DNA from: Lama glama | Taxonomy: Eukaryota | DNA: 64,000 nucleotides | Assembly: GCA_028534125.1 (NCBI GenBank) | Contig: CM052818.1 | Coordinates: 21,392,001-21,456,000 of the forward strand | Reading direction: 5' to 3' | Shown: in pieces, positions 51,986-64,000 of the stretch | Layout: each line of letters starts with the position of its first letter | Position numbering within the stretch: position 1 is the first letter of the stretch | Position numbers and translations under genes: made by a program | The notes under the pieces: generated by a model | What the model was told of the DNA's origin: nothing | Databases searched by the model: none | What the model saw: the letters and a program-made list of their open reading frames with translations, nothing else

Positions 51986-52046
51986 CTGAATACATCACTG
52001 TGCTTGAGGCAGTAGTAAGCCAACACCTCTTCAGCTGGCCAGATGC
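51986..52046 (-). CDS. CAMKMT: CAMKMT coding exon (exon 4 by human numbering), 61 nt: (C)IWPAEEVLAYYCLKHSDVFR
   Basis: Minus strand reads ttttccag|GCATCTGG...GTATTCAG|gtacaa. The peptide matches the CaM KMT segment IWPxEEVLAYYCLKH, and the phase fits the next exon. Confidence 0.96.
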
Positions 52047-53364
52047 CTGGAAAACACAAGAGGATACAGACTTTTTGATTATAGAATTTTTTTTCTATAA
52101 TTGCTCTCTATAGTGATTTTCTTAAGAAATGGCTTTTCAAAATAATGTACAGGACAAGCTATTTCAACTTGAATCAAACTTAAATCAACATAATTGTTAC
52201 CAGTAACGTGTCATATCACATGAGTTTCTCTGGTTGTTGATTATAACTCTTTTCCCAGGAAAATAGTAAAATATCCTAAAACCTTATACTAGATTTCAGT
52301 CACAATGAAACAGCAAAAACAATAACAACCAACATGACAAATATCAAACAATAAGTTTTAACAGTATTTTAGGTAGATCTTAATCTAGTACAGGAACCTT
52401 CTTTTTGGCCAATTCATAAGAATCAGTTGAAGACCTACTGTATACGCAGCCCATATTAGCAAAAATAAATGAAAAAATCACTTGCCGGAGCACAGATAGA
52501 ACCACTAAGGTCATTATAGCTTTCTGTTTGATTCCATAATTTTTTAAAATATGCATAACTATTTCCTTTCTTTCATTAAAAAGTCAAACTGGAATATAAA
52601 ATTGAGAAATTTAAATTTCACCGATTTTAGTTCATCTTTAAATTTAACAATAATCCTACCCACTAAATTCCACGAAGGGGCTTTTTCTAACATCATCATC
52701 TGTACCTCATTTATTTAGAAGACTTACATAGTTGTCATGAGTGAATATGAACTGCTTAAAGAGAAGACAAACATGCTTGGGAATGAGAGTTTCTAGTGGT
52801 TATCATAGTACGGTAGTAGGATTACAAGTGTTTTTAATGTTTTTCTTTACACTTTTTGTATTTTCTAAATTTTTACAGTGAATCACTCACAGAATCAGAA
52901 TAAACTATACCCTCGTACAAATTATGTTTCCCCCATGGTCAGACTCAAAGATCAGGATCAGGCAGGGCACCAGGCATCCACAGTGCCTGGGGTGGAGAAT
53001 GCCACGCGGTCCTGGGAGAGCACTGTGTGTTCACTGCCTTAGCACCAAGCACTCTTCTAATGGGCCCTGATGCAAAGTTGAAACCCCTAGTGCGACTTAA
53101 TTTTCTTTTCCCAGATGCATCTCCAGCTTTAAGGAGTAAGAAAGGCAAAGATTTCAGAGAAGATGATGTCAAAGAAATGGTAAGTAAAATCCTAGGAGAA
53201 TCAATGGATAAACATACGAACAGCAAAGAATGACTCTAGAGCGTGTGCTGCAGGAAAGTCCAGTCACGTGTCCGAACTAGCTCATTCCTGGTAGAAATGA
53301 CTTGTCGGGGGAGAAACAAAGGCAACCAGCAAGAAGTGTCTGGAGTCATATTTACAAGGAAAGT

Positions 53365-53600
53365 CAGGGAGGCAGTGGAGTGTAGCAGTTAAGATCGCAG
53401 GGACTTAGGAAGCAGACTCATTCAGCTCCTGCCCCAGCTCTGCATTCCCTAGCTGAGTGACCTTGGATGGGTTACTGAACCTCTGTGCCTCAGACTTTTC
53501 GTCTGTAAAATAATGTAACTGTAGTACCGACCTCACAGGATTGTTGTGAGGATTAAATGAGTGAAGTATGTGAAACATACTTAGGACTTTCCAACTTACA
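53365..53600 (+). mobile_element. MIR SINE
   Basis: GTGACCTTGGATGGGTTACTGAACCTCTGTGCCTCAG...CTGTAAAAT...GTTGTGAGGATTAAATGAG. Confidence 0.85.
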
Positions 53601-54049
53601 ACAAGCTCAAAGAAAAAGAAAATTATGTGTTGTTAATGCTATTCTCTTGCAAAGCAGGAGAGAAGAGTGGAAGAGAGACTATGTGAAGCCCAAACGATTA
53701 TCCTAATAACCAGAACAGATGAAGAACGTTTTTGACCTTCTACTAATCATGAACTTGGCATGACCCCAAAGTCCTAATATCTGGCATACCCTCACATAAA
53801 AAGAACTCCATAAACACTAAAGTACGTAATAAAATTCTCTAAGGGGAGAGCCCAAGACAGTGTTCTACACTAAGTGAATATAGTCACCACAATAATGAAT
53901 TTCTTTATGCCTTAGTAGATGGTTTTGAGGTTTAAAAAATAATGATAGGGGAAGGGTATTTAACTAAAATTCACATCTTGATTAAGTACAAAAAAGGTGA
54001 CTTCTAAAATGCATAGTCTTTTAAAGTAGTTTTACAATTTTCTCCCAAA

Positions 54050-54660
54050 AATTACAGAGGTTGATTTTTTAACTAAATGAAATACAAAAAGTTCAAAGAA
54101 CAAAGTTTAAAAATCACCTAAAATCCCACTACTTGTATCTAATCACTTAACATTTTGGACATCATTTCAAAAAAAAAAATCTCTCTAGGCATAAAGATAT
54201 TTTACATAAGTAGGATTTTCTTATAGAGGCATTGAATAATCTCATTTTGCCCCACTTAGTATGGAATGGATAGCATCTCATGACAATAAAAATATACTAT
54301 GCTCGCATCATTATTTTTAATGACTGCCTAAATATTTTATGTTTGTATCATAATTTATTTAACCAGTTTCCTTTTGATAGACATTTAAGTTAACTTCTAA
54401 GGTTTTGTTATGCGATTATAAACAGTGGTACGATGAAGACACATTCTTTTTCCCCCAATGAAAAATTTTTCTCTGTAGGTCAAATACTCAGAATCGGGAG
54501 ATCTGGTCAAAAGTCAAGTACATTTCACATTCTGATATATCAAACTGTCCTCCAAAAAATCTGTACCAAACTACACCCATAATAAAAGTGTTTATTTCTT
54601 CTAAGTCTTGCCCTTGATAGAGTTTTGATTACCTATTTTATTTTTGCTTATCTGTAAGCT
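54050..54660 (-). mobile_element. Degraded L1ME-like fragment
   Basis: ATTATTTTTAATGACTGC, TAATTTATTTAACCAGT and GTACCAAACTACAC are typical of the antisense of old L1 3' regions. Confidence 0.55.
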
Positions 54661-54674
54661 TTTAAGTTATCTCA

Positions 54675-55300
54675 GTGCAAATCAAAAACTACAATGAGAT
54701 ATCACTTCATACCCTCTATGATGGCTGTACTCAAAAAGTCAGACAATAACAAACGTTGGCGAGGATGTGGGGAAATTATGTAGAATGGTTCAGCTACTTT
54801 GGAAAACAGTGTAGCAGTTTCTCAAAAAGTTAAATGTAGAATTACCATATGACCCAGCAATGCCATTCCTAGGCATATATCCAAGAGAAAAGAAAACATG
54901 TCCACACAAAAACCAGTACACAAATGTTCATAGTAGCATTATTCATCTTAGCCAAAAAGTGGGGACAACCCAAATGTTCATCAACTAAATGAATGGCTAA
55001 ATAAAATGTGGTATGACCATGCAATAGACTATTATTTGGCAACAAAAAGAAGTACGGATTCATGTTACAACACAGATAGAACCTGAAAACATTATGCTAT
55101 GGAAGAAACCAGACATCAAGGACCACATGTTTTATGTTTACACTTATGTGAAATGACTGCTAATGGGTCCGAGGTTTCTTTTAGATGTGATGAAATATTC
55201 TAGAACTGATTGTGGTGATGGTTGCACTCCTCCATGAATATACTAAAACCCACTGGGTGAATTGTACAGTATGTGAATTGTATCTCAATAAAGCTGTTAT
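54675..55300 (+). mobile_element. L1MB-like ORF2 end and 3' UTR
   Basis: GCAAATCAAAAACTACAATGAGATATCAC, CCATATGACCCAGCAATGCCATTCCTAGG, ending TATCTCAATAAAGCTGTT. Confidence 0.85.
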
Positions 55301-55329
55301 CATCAAAAGTGTTCTCATTCCATTTGAGA

Positions 55330-57170
55330 GAGTGTAATGGCCTTTTAAAAATATTTTTTAAAAGAAGTTTTACATACATATAGTTTAAAGAGCCACTGAG
55401 TTTTATAAGACCAGTTAGGACAAACAGTAGTCCCCAGCCCATCTGCCCAAATCTTTCTCCTTCCTCAGAAACTACTATTGTCAGTTCTTTTAGCTGATTC
55501 TTCTGGCAATTATTCCATTTTTCCATAACAGGCTTGTACTATTACTCCTTGATTTTTCAGTTTTAGACAAAATCTGATGACCCTCACTATGGAAGAGAGG
55601 CATTTTTTACTTTTCTCTCTATTCTCTCCCCACACCGCATAAACCACGCTCCTTAGCCACCCATCACCACTGTCTTCCTCATATAGCTATATTATCATTT
55701 GGTAAGGTCACTACTCATTGTCAATTTTATTATAACCCTGAAATAGAACTGAGCCATGTAGTAAACCAGGATTGATTTTTCTCTCATGGAAAATTTTTTT
55801 CCCCTCTCTGGAGTTTATAATTGTATTTTTCCCTCCTCATTTGCTAAGATTTCAATCTCGAAATCCAGTTGTCAATTTCTCCTTTCAATACAGTCCCTCA
55901 CATCCGGTGTTCTATCAGCCTCATGAGGAAATCTCTCCTGTGTCTCCTGACTTGCCTTAGCCTGGACTGAATGCCCTCTATGCTCCATGCACTGCTGATA
56001 CACATCTTCACTACCATTCCAGCCTTGCTTTGGCCCTTCTGCTGTGTTCCATCTCTTGTTTCCTCTGTCCTTTGTCTTCCTTCCTTCATCTACTTCCTCA
56101 AGTATTTTCTTGAAGAAAAGTGCATGGAAGGTCAATGTTTGAGAACTTGAACGATTCAATGGGTAATTTCGATTTGGAAGAGCCAAGTTCTTCAGTTCTT
56201 GGAAAGGTTCTTGGGAACTTCCATTGATTATTTCCTTACCTCCATTTTTATCTGTCCTCTTTCTCTGAAACTCATGGTGTGGAGGTTGACTCTCCTGAAC
56301 TCATCTTCTCATTTTCGTGTCTTTTTCTTTCCTGCTCTCCCTCTCTTACTGTTTTCTACTTTCTTTGAAATTTTCTCAACTTTCAATTCGAACCCTTTTA
56401 TTGTTCCTTTCATTTATGCTGCTGTTGGTGGTAATTCTCTGAATATTTCTTTTTAGAGCATCTTACTCCTGTTTCGTGACTGCAGTATCTTCTAAAAATT
56501 ATTTGAAAATATTAATTATAGTTTAACTTTTCTTCTCTTCACATAGTCTGCTTTCTACATGTTGCTTTTTTTCTGTTAGTTTTGGTATCTGTCACATTAA
56601 AAGCTTTCCTCAGATATATCTGGTAATTCTCTGTTGTTTGCAGAAATGTAATTATGGAAGAGAAAAGGCTGATTGGAGGTGAAGAGGGCTGAGTGGTGTG
56701 GGTAGGGTGTGGGTGGCGAGGCTCAGCCCTCAATGTCCATCGGTTCACCTAGTCCCTCCAGCCTGCCTTTGGTGCAGCCTCTGATTTCAGCTGTGCCTGT
56801 TGTCCCTTGATTTAACCCTTTCCAGAAAATATACCTCCTCTTCCGTTGGCAGTATAGAAGGGGCAGTCACCCAGCAGCCTGGAATGGGGAAATAACTGCT
56901 TCTTAAACCACTTTCAGTCAATCCTCCTTATTTTAGCCCCTCTCAACTCCTCCTTTTAGAATTACCTGGTGCCACCAGTTTCTGAGCCTTTCAAAATTTC
57001 AGAAGTATGATTGGGTTGGCTCTCAACTTTCCCTACTGCTGGCTTTCTCATCTCTTGCTAAGTCAATGACTTCACACCCATTTGCTTCCCAGCTTCAAAA
57101 CTACGTTGTCTGTTCCTTCATTCTATCATCCTTGTGGGTTTATGTCTTAAAAGCATCCCTTTACAGCGGT
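55330..57170 (-). mobile_element. Probable ancient L1 (L1M-like) fragments in antisense
   Basis: Strongly T/C-rich plus strand with old L1-like segments. Family not resolved by eye. Confidence 0.4.
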
Positions 57171-57719
57171 TCTCTTTCATGAAACAGAAACTCATTGTAA
57201 AAGTGATGAGAATAATTTTTAGAAGGACACACGAGCTATGGCAAGGGTTTTTTCTTTTTTTTTTTTTCCTCAAGATTTTTATACTCCATTAATAATATTG
57301 TAGGGTTCTATTAATCAATTATAGGCACTTCTGCTAGATTCTTAATGTCACCCGATGAGGCCAGGCAGAATGCCCACAGTGGCATTTAGAGTAGCTAAAG
57401 CATTGATTCCCCTAAAAGCATTGCAAAACATTTAAATTAATGGCTTATTTGTGATAACTTGTTTTCTAAAACACTTGCCATGAATGAGGACACCCTTGGC
57501 TGAGCTGTAGATTCTTTTGGAAGAAGAAGTGCTCTGGTGGATGTAACTAAAATGAAAAGCTGCTCATGCTGGAATGGGTAGGTAAATCTCTTGGGCTGCT
57601 TTCAGTGTTTACACTCTGTCTCCTCTTCCTTAAACATTCCTGCTTTGTCACTGATGTTTCAACCCAGAGCAGAAATCCATAAGGAGACTACAGAATGCTC
57701 CATGACTATTTACTGGGCA

Positions 57720-58560
57720 TCTACTATGTTTCACGCCCTGTGGATCAGCAGGGAATGGTACAGCATGGGTCCTGCAGATTCAGTCTAGTTAGGGAAGGAG
57801 ACTATTAAACAAGTAATTACACAAATAATGAGCCTAATTATAACTGTAAATAAATGTTGTATAGGAAACAATAGAGGCTGCTTCTGAGAACCCATCATAA
57901 GGGACCTGACCTAGTTGGAGGGGAGGTTGGGAGGGTTAGGAGGAGTCCCTTAGGGAACACTTCCCTGTAGAAGTGGCGTGTAGGCGGAGACCCAGATGAC
58001 AAAGAGCTAAGGAGAGGAGGAAGAGGGACACAGGGCTGGAGGGAATGGTCCCTAGAAGAGAAGCCCCATGAAACAGAGCTTTGAAGAGAAGAGTCTAATG
58101 TTCTCCGAATGGAATTAGGGTCAGTGGAGCTGTAGAGTAAGTGAGAAAGGAGGAGGTGATACAAGATGAGACTGGAGGGGTGTTTAGGGGCCAGATCTCA
58201 CAGGTTCCAAGGCCAGATTAAGAATTTTAAATTACACCTAAAAATAAAGGATATGTTTTAAGCTGCAGAGTGGTAAGATCAGATGTACATTTTAGAAGAT
58301 AAGTCTGGCTACTCTAGAGAAAACAGCTTGGAAGTGGGCAAGAGCAGGCGAGGGAAACTAGGTAGGAGCCACTTCAGCTGGCTAGGTGAGTGCTGAGGGT
58401 GGCTGGGGTGATGGTTAGGGGAGATAAAGAAAAGTGAAAGGATTTGAGCTATATTTAGAAGGTATAGTGACAAGACTTATTCGTGAATTAGATGAAGGGG
58501 GTGGTAGGAGAGAGGGAAGTCTCAAGTATGACTTAGGTTTATGGCACGAAGACATGGATG
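57720..58560 (-). mobile_element. LINE-2 fragment in antisense
   Basis: Purine-rich segment with GTAAGATCAGATGTACATTTTAGAAGAT and GATTTGAGCTATATTTAGAAGGTA. Confidence 0.65.
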
Positions 58561-58817
58561 GCTGATGTATAGCAGAGGCATATAGGATTCTGCTTCAATT
58601 TGATGTGTGCTCCTCCTCACGCTGAATTCGTGGTGCGAAAACACCAGCTAGGGGTCTGGGGTCTGACACTGGGTCTGCCACTAACGATCTGTGTGATACT
58701 GGGAAGAAAGTTAGCCTTTCCGAGCATCAGTATCTTCTGCAAAATACTAGGCTCGGGTGAGATTATGTCTAGGGGGCCTTCAAGCTATAAAGAGCTACAA
58801 GAAAGAAGGCAGATCTC

Positions 58818-59305
58818 ATGCTCTGGAGTTAAATAGAGTTCAGCTTGAATATTGGCTCTTATTGGCTATGTGACCTTGGGCAAGCTACTTAAACATTAAG
58901 CCTCATTCATTCATTCATTCATTCATTCCTTCAATACACAGTTACTGGTGACCAGACTGGTTCTAGGAACCGGGGATACAGCGGTGATGCAATCAAAGCC
59001 CTTGCCCAAGTAACTTTAACAGGAGGAACAGACAATAAACAGAGTCATTTCAGATACTGATAAATGTTGTGAAGAAAATAAAACATTAATGAAATAGAGA
59101 AAAACTACAGGGGTGGGAGGCTGTTGCTAGTTTAGGCAGCAGCATTGCTGGGTAATGCCTCAGTTTTCTTATTTGCTAAGTCAAGCCACTACTTATACTG
59201 TTGTGAGGATTAAATGAGATAATGCGTGCAAGGCACTTAGAACAGTGCCTGGCACATAGTCACTTTTCTATCATGTTAGCTATTGTGGCTGCTGCCACTG
59301 CCTTT
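58818..59305. mobile_element. MIR (+) split by an antisense L2 3' end with a (TTCA)n tail at ~58903-59140
   Basis: MIR 5' part TGTGACCTTGGGCAAGCTACTTAA. MIR 3' part GCCTCAGTTTTCTTATTTG...GTTGTGAGGATTAAATGAGATAAT...CAGTGCCTGGCACATAGT. Confidence 0.7.
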
Positions 59306-60334
59306 GCTATTGGTTTGACACGTTTCTATCCAGGGAATTTTATCAAGCTGGATGATATTTTTATGATCCTTTCAGGGAAATCATCATTCCTAATTGATAA
59401 TCCACAAAAATCAAACCAAAACTGTACTTGGGAAAAATCTATTCTAGCTCTGGGAACTTTGAAAATCAACCCTAAGAAGAATTCCATATATAAGGACAAT
59501 AATGTTCTATACTTGTCCTTCTGCTCTGATCCATGAAGAGATCTGCTCTGAACAGCAACTTATTAAGTGCAGGCCTTCCTATGTGAAGCCAGATCGCTGT
59601 GAACTCGGGTCCAGCTGGGTGAAAGGCAACATCTGTGTGGCCCAGTGCGGTGAGTGGTGGACACTTGCTCTGTGACATTCTAATATTTGTTGAATGCTGA
59701 ATGCTGTCCAGGCGCTTTGAGGTAGAAGAGGAAATCAGGGCACTGAGAGACTGAGATCTTCCCCCAAATTAGTCAGGTATCTTGTCAGAGAGTTGGAATT
59801 TGACTCCAGGTCACCTGACTCTAGAGCCATTACCCTCAACCTCGGTGCTATCCTGCCTTCCCCTGGATTGCAAAAACAAGGGTCCAAATGAATTGTTCTG
59901 CGATTTCATTTCTTCTCCTGTTCCTGGGGAAGCCAACTGATACAGAGCATAAATAAGCATGTGGAAGTGAAGGCACGCAAAACATGACCCAATTATTTCA
60001 ATAATAAATTCTTCTAGGACTACAAGCTGGGTCGGTTTATGGGTGTGATTTGATTAGAAATGCATTAAAGTTTAAAGCTTACATGTTAATTCAGATACCT
60101 ATTAATGTGATGATTATGAGGTAAGGGAAAGAAGAAAGGAGGCCCAGATCCAGCATGAAGCAGGGAGGGTAAGTCTTCAGGGACTCGTGTTCCCCAGACC
60201 CCAGCCTTCAGTCCAATGGTCAACTTTAGAGCAGATGCTGGGAAAGTAAGTAAGAGGCAGATGAGAAATGGAGACAGGATGAGGAAGATGCTGAAGCACC
60301 ACTGAGAAAAAGGAATATGCCACAGCCACAGCCA

Positions 60335-60930
60335 CAGCCTCAGCCACTCATAGAGTGGAGACGTGAATTTGGAAGACAGCTCTGAGGCTTATTAGCTTGA
60401 GATCTTAGCAAGTCACTTAAGCTCTCCTTGCATCAGCTCCTTCTCTGGAAGTAATACTGTCTACGCCGTAAGTCTAGATGTGAGGACTGAATGAAGCAGA
60501 AGTCAGCGCAGTTAGTGTCTGCTGTTGTTATTATTATTAGCATCACTCATTGAACCCTTACTACTTGGCAAACACTGGGCTGTGTACTTTAAATAGATTA
60601 TCTCATTTAATCCTTAAAACAACTCTGTAAGGTATGCGCTGTCATGACCAGTTAAGGGGCACACCCAGGCACAGCAAAGCACAGAGCTTAAATGGCATAG
60701 CCAGGCTGACAGCCCACATACCCAGTCTCTGAAGCCCAGTCTCTTAGTCGTTACTCCAATTGCCGCAACTCCAGTGGCCGGTTCTGCAGTCAAAAGAACT
60801 AGTTTCTTCTCATGACTCGATCAATAACTAATCTGGGGACTTTGGACAAATCATATTTGGGCTCTAGCTTCAAGAATAAAATGGAAGGGCCAAACTGATT
60901 TCTGAGAACCCTTCCAACTTTAAATCCAAT
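60335..60930. mobile_element. Cluster of MIR/MIR3 fragments
   Basis: TCTTAGCAAGTCACTTAAGCTCTC (+), TATCTCATTTAATCCTTAAAACAACTCTGTAAGGTA (-), and a MIR3-like end CCCTTCCAACTTTAAAT. Confidence 0.6.
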
Positions 60931-63900
60931 GTCACCATTATATTGTGCATCTCCAAACTAAAGCTATAAAATTGTTAGTGGGCTTTAGTCCATGACATTT
61001 TAAAGAAATTAGGTTGGTTAAATATTTTATTTGTACAATAATCTCAAAGTTAAACCCCTAGTCTTCAGAGCATACCCATCTTAATCGAATCAGAACTGCC
61101 TTTGTTAATTAAATCTCATGGCTTCAGAAGAAAACTTTTTTTTTATATCTTTATATTCTAGTGGTGATAGCTTTTTATTTATTTAATCCAGCATATTAAT
61201 AACAGACAACTTTCTCAAGTCCAATTTTCCCTTTCCAGTATTGAGCACAGTTCTCAGATACATGCTATATGTTTTCCTCAAATACATTTCCTCTTCCACA
61301 GGGTAACAAACTACCTTTTGGGCAGAAGAAATTCTTCCAAGGTCTCAAAGCACAGGTAGAAGAACATCTCCCCATGTGAGCTCTCTGGGTGAATAAATGC
61401 TCCATCTCCATTGGTCAAAGAGGATGTCAGAAAATGAGAACAGTCATTTCTAGGAAAGGTAGACCCAGAAAATCAGACCAGAGGGCTCCTAGCAGGAGGG
61501 AAACATGGCCTGGGTTTCCCCAGAAACACAGCATATCCTTCCCACAGGGGAAAAAAAAAGGAAGACTTTCATTGCCAGTTTTACTCCAAGTAACATCCTC
61601 CCCTATGGCTTTCTGTGCTCAGTGTCCTCAGGGTGGGATCCCAAGCCATCATTTTGATGAGATCACCCTGTTTCATTTTGAAACAGGACTGTGTTATGTC
61701 TTGAAAAGTCACGTACAAGCAGCAATGTGTTGAATGGAGTGGAACGAAGAGGCAAGTATTAGAAATAACTATTAGTGTTCCTTATCTTAGGTATGAGCCA
61801 CTTCGTCGATGCACACACTCCTTACGCAGGACACCAAAGGATAGTGAGGAGGGTGTGGTCCTCCCCGCATTCCCCATGATTTGTGAATTTGATTTCTACA
61901 GCAGCTTCCTGCCTTGGAGTCCAGCTTTATCTCACTTCTGATTAAACACTGTGACTGAATTCCAAACAAATAGAAAGCCTTGTGTTCCATGTGGAGTGTA
62001 CGCTCCGTGCATTTATGAAAGCCCCCCTGGAGAGAAAATGGTATTCAGGAGGCGTGTGTTACAGGTGCCAAAGCCACAACGCACATGTATTAAACGGCCC
62101 TGGGAGTAGGCTAGTTAGGCAACAGAATTTATTTAGGAAGACACGCATCCTAGTGTTTCAAAACTGCCTTCATTCCGAATTCCTCCTCTTAGGAAGGAGG
62201 ATGAGGAGGACCACTTCCTTTTCTAGCAGGAATTGCCATTAGCAAGTTCCAAAAGGTAAAACACCATTCGGCAAATTGACCTCGTGAATAAGGCAACATC
62301 TTGGTGAGGCTCAGTCTAAACCCACTTTAAACAAACCCCTGACTGCCATTCTATCAGAAGGAAGATGTATGATATTCAGAGAGCTAAAAACCAAAACAAA
62401 ACAAAACAGTGAGAGACTTGGCTGGGGATCTCAGCGGTGCAAAATGACCAGGGCCCTATCCTTCCTGTCTCCTGCCTCATCATTATTCATTGATATGAGG
62501 GAAACATGAGGGTCTGCTCTCCAGAAATTTCTGCTGGTGCATGAGCTTGGGCAGCTCACTGCAACTAATGTGGAAATGTAGTGCGAGGCACGTCCTGGCT
62601 GTAAACACAGTGGTCCTGCTCTGTCGGGGCCATCTACAAACGGCTCCAACCAACTTATACTATTGTCTATTGTCTTTAACACCTTTTTGTATTTTTAAAA
62701 AAAAAAAGAATTTGATTTTATTTTCTTTCCCCAGTTTTCAAATAGTCATTAAAAATTAAACAACACTGGGGAAAGCCTTTTGTGATTATAGCCTTCATTC
62801 TCCTGCAACAAACTGGATCTATAAATTCACGTACCATTGTAGATGTAAATTACAAAATTTATATTCAACTATATTAAAACATCTATTCCAAAAATGATTA
62901 CCAGTTGTGAAAAGCAGACAGGCTTATCACTTGCTGTCAGTTGTTCATGTCTAGTTAAGCAATAATGTGCTAAAACTGCTCTTTTGTTTTGTGTAAGAAT
63001 TTTGGCAATAGAAGAAATGAACACTCGGTTAATAAAAACTCAGGCTGCTTTTTGCTTTGATGGAGGAAGCAGCTGCCTGTTTTCATTTGCTGCAGAGCAG
63101 CAAAACCCATCAATATAATAAGCAGCTTAGATGCATCCATCCACAGCATCTGTAAGGATATAGGGCTATTCGCTCAAAACCAATCCCTGGTTTAATTTTA
63201 ACAAAGATGTGTCTGACATATTTGAAAATGCACTATAATAGGTTGTGAAACATGAACAATTTCTCTTTCTTTTAAATACTTTTTTTTTTTGACGGATCTG
63301 AAAGGGTGGTATACATAGCTGAATGATAGCAATGATAAAAACCAGTCCAAACTGTGATGCTGTCCTAAAACAAGACCAAGGAAGAAAGCAAATCAAGGGG
63401 CAGTTATTTCATTCTCTTCAAAGTGAAAGTAATTCATTTAAATACGATTTCCTTCAATTATTAATTCAAACAAATATTTACTGAATCCTTACTATATACT
63501 GAATTGGGCTAGATATGGAGGCTGCATTTCCTACTTTCAATGACTTCACTCTTCAGGGGAAAAGATGGTGACAAAAATATAAGGAAAACAATGCAGTAAG
63601 CACAGGGACATAGATATGCAGTTTTCTATTACCTTTTTACTTTTCAAAAATTCAAATGAGTATAGGAAACTGTGGAAACTATTCAACATAAAAATTAAAA
63701 ATCAAATACTGTCTCCTCTATTATACAGTCACACACTTTGTTAGGTATACCCTTAAGAAAAGACAATCTGCTAAAAAAAATTGAATTATGTTTAAACACA
63801 TGTCAAACTGTTTACTGGTGTAGCCAAGAATTATCACACTTTGGAGAGAAAGTTTTAGGATTTTAAGTTTTGTTTGGACAGCCTCTAATTTTACAGTAAC

Positions 63901-64000
63901 CATTAGATACTTTCACACGATCATGAATACACCATGTGGCAAGTCTAATAGAAAACACAAACTTGAAAGCAACTCACAGTGTGATGCTGTATGCTCTGGC

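Overview
Mammalian genomic DNA, most likely a camelid, judged from one Vic-1-like tRNA-derived SINE, a cetartiodactyl-type L1 3' UTR and no recognisable Alu, BovB/Bov-tA or PRE-1 elements. The window holds the 3' part of CAMKMT (calmodulin-lysine N-methyltransferase) on the minus strand. Eight coding exons (52046-51986, 50007-49953, 48890-48827, 41357-41291, 25576-25502, 18799-18736, 8775-8644, 2993-2916; 596 nt) splice in frame to a TAG stop, followed by a 3' UTR with AATAAA near 2460. The 5' exons lie beyond the right edge, and exon numbers follow my recollection of the human gene. The intron at 41358-48826 has minor-spliceosome (U12, GT-AG subtype) signals. The introns contain old repeats (L2, MIR, L1M, MER5A, MER20), an intronic CpG island (~6050-6770), a near-perfect 124-bp tandem duplication, a diverged ~200-bp direct repeat flanking exon 9, a candidate antisense exon, and several repeat-free, motif-dense blocks that may be SIX3/SIX2 long-range enhancers. 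I found no prokaryotic-type features, and the other ORF-track entries look spurious. Repeat boundaries and subfamily names are by-eye estimates. I cannot show that a new biological system is present.
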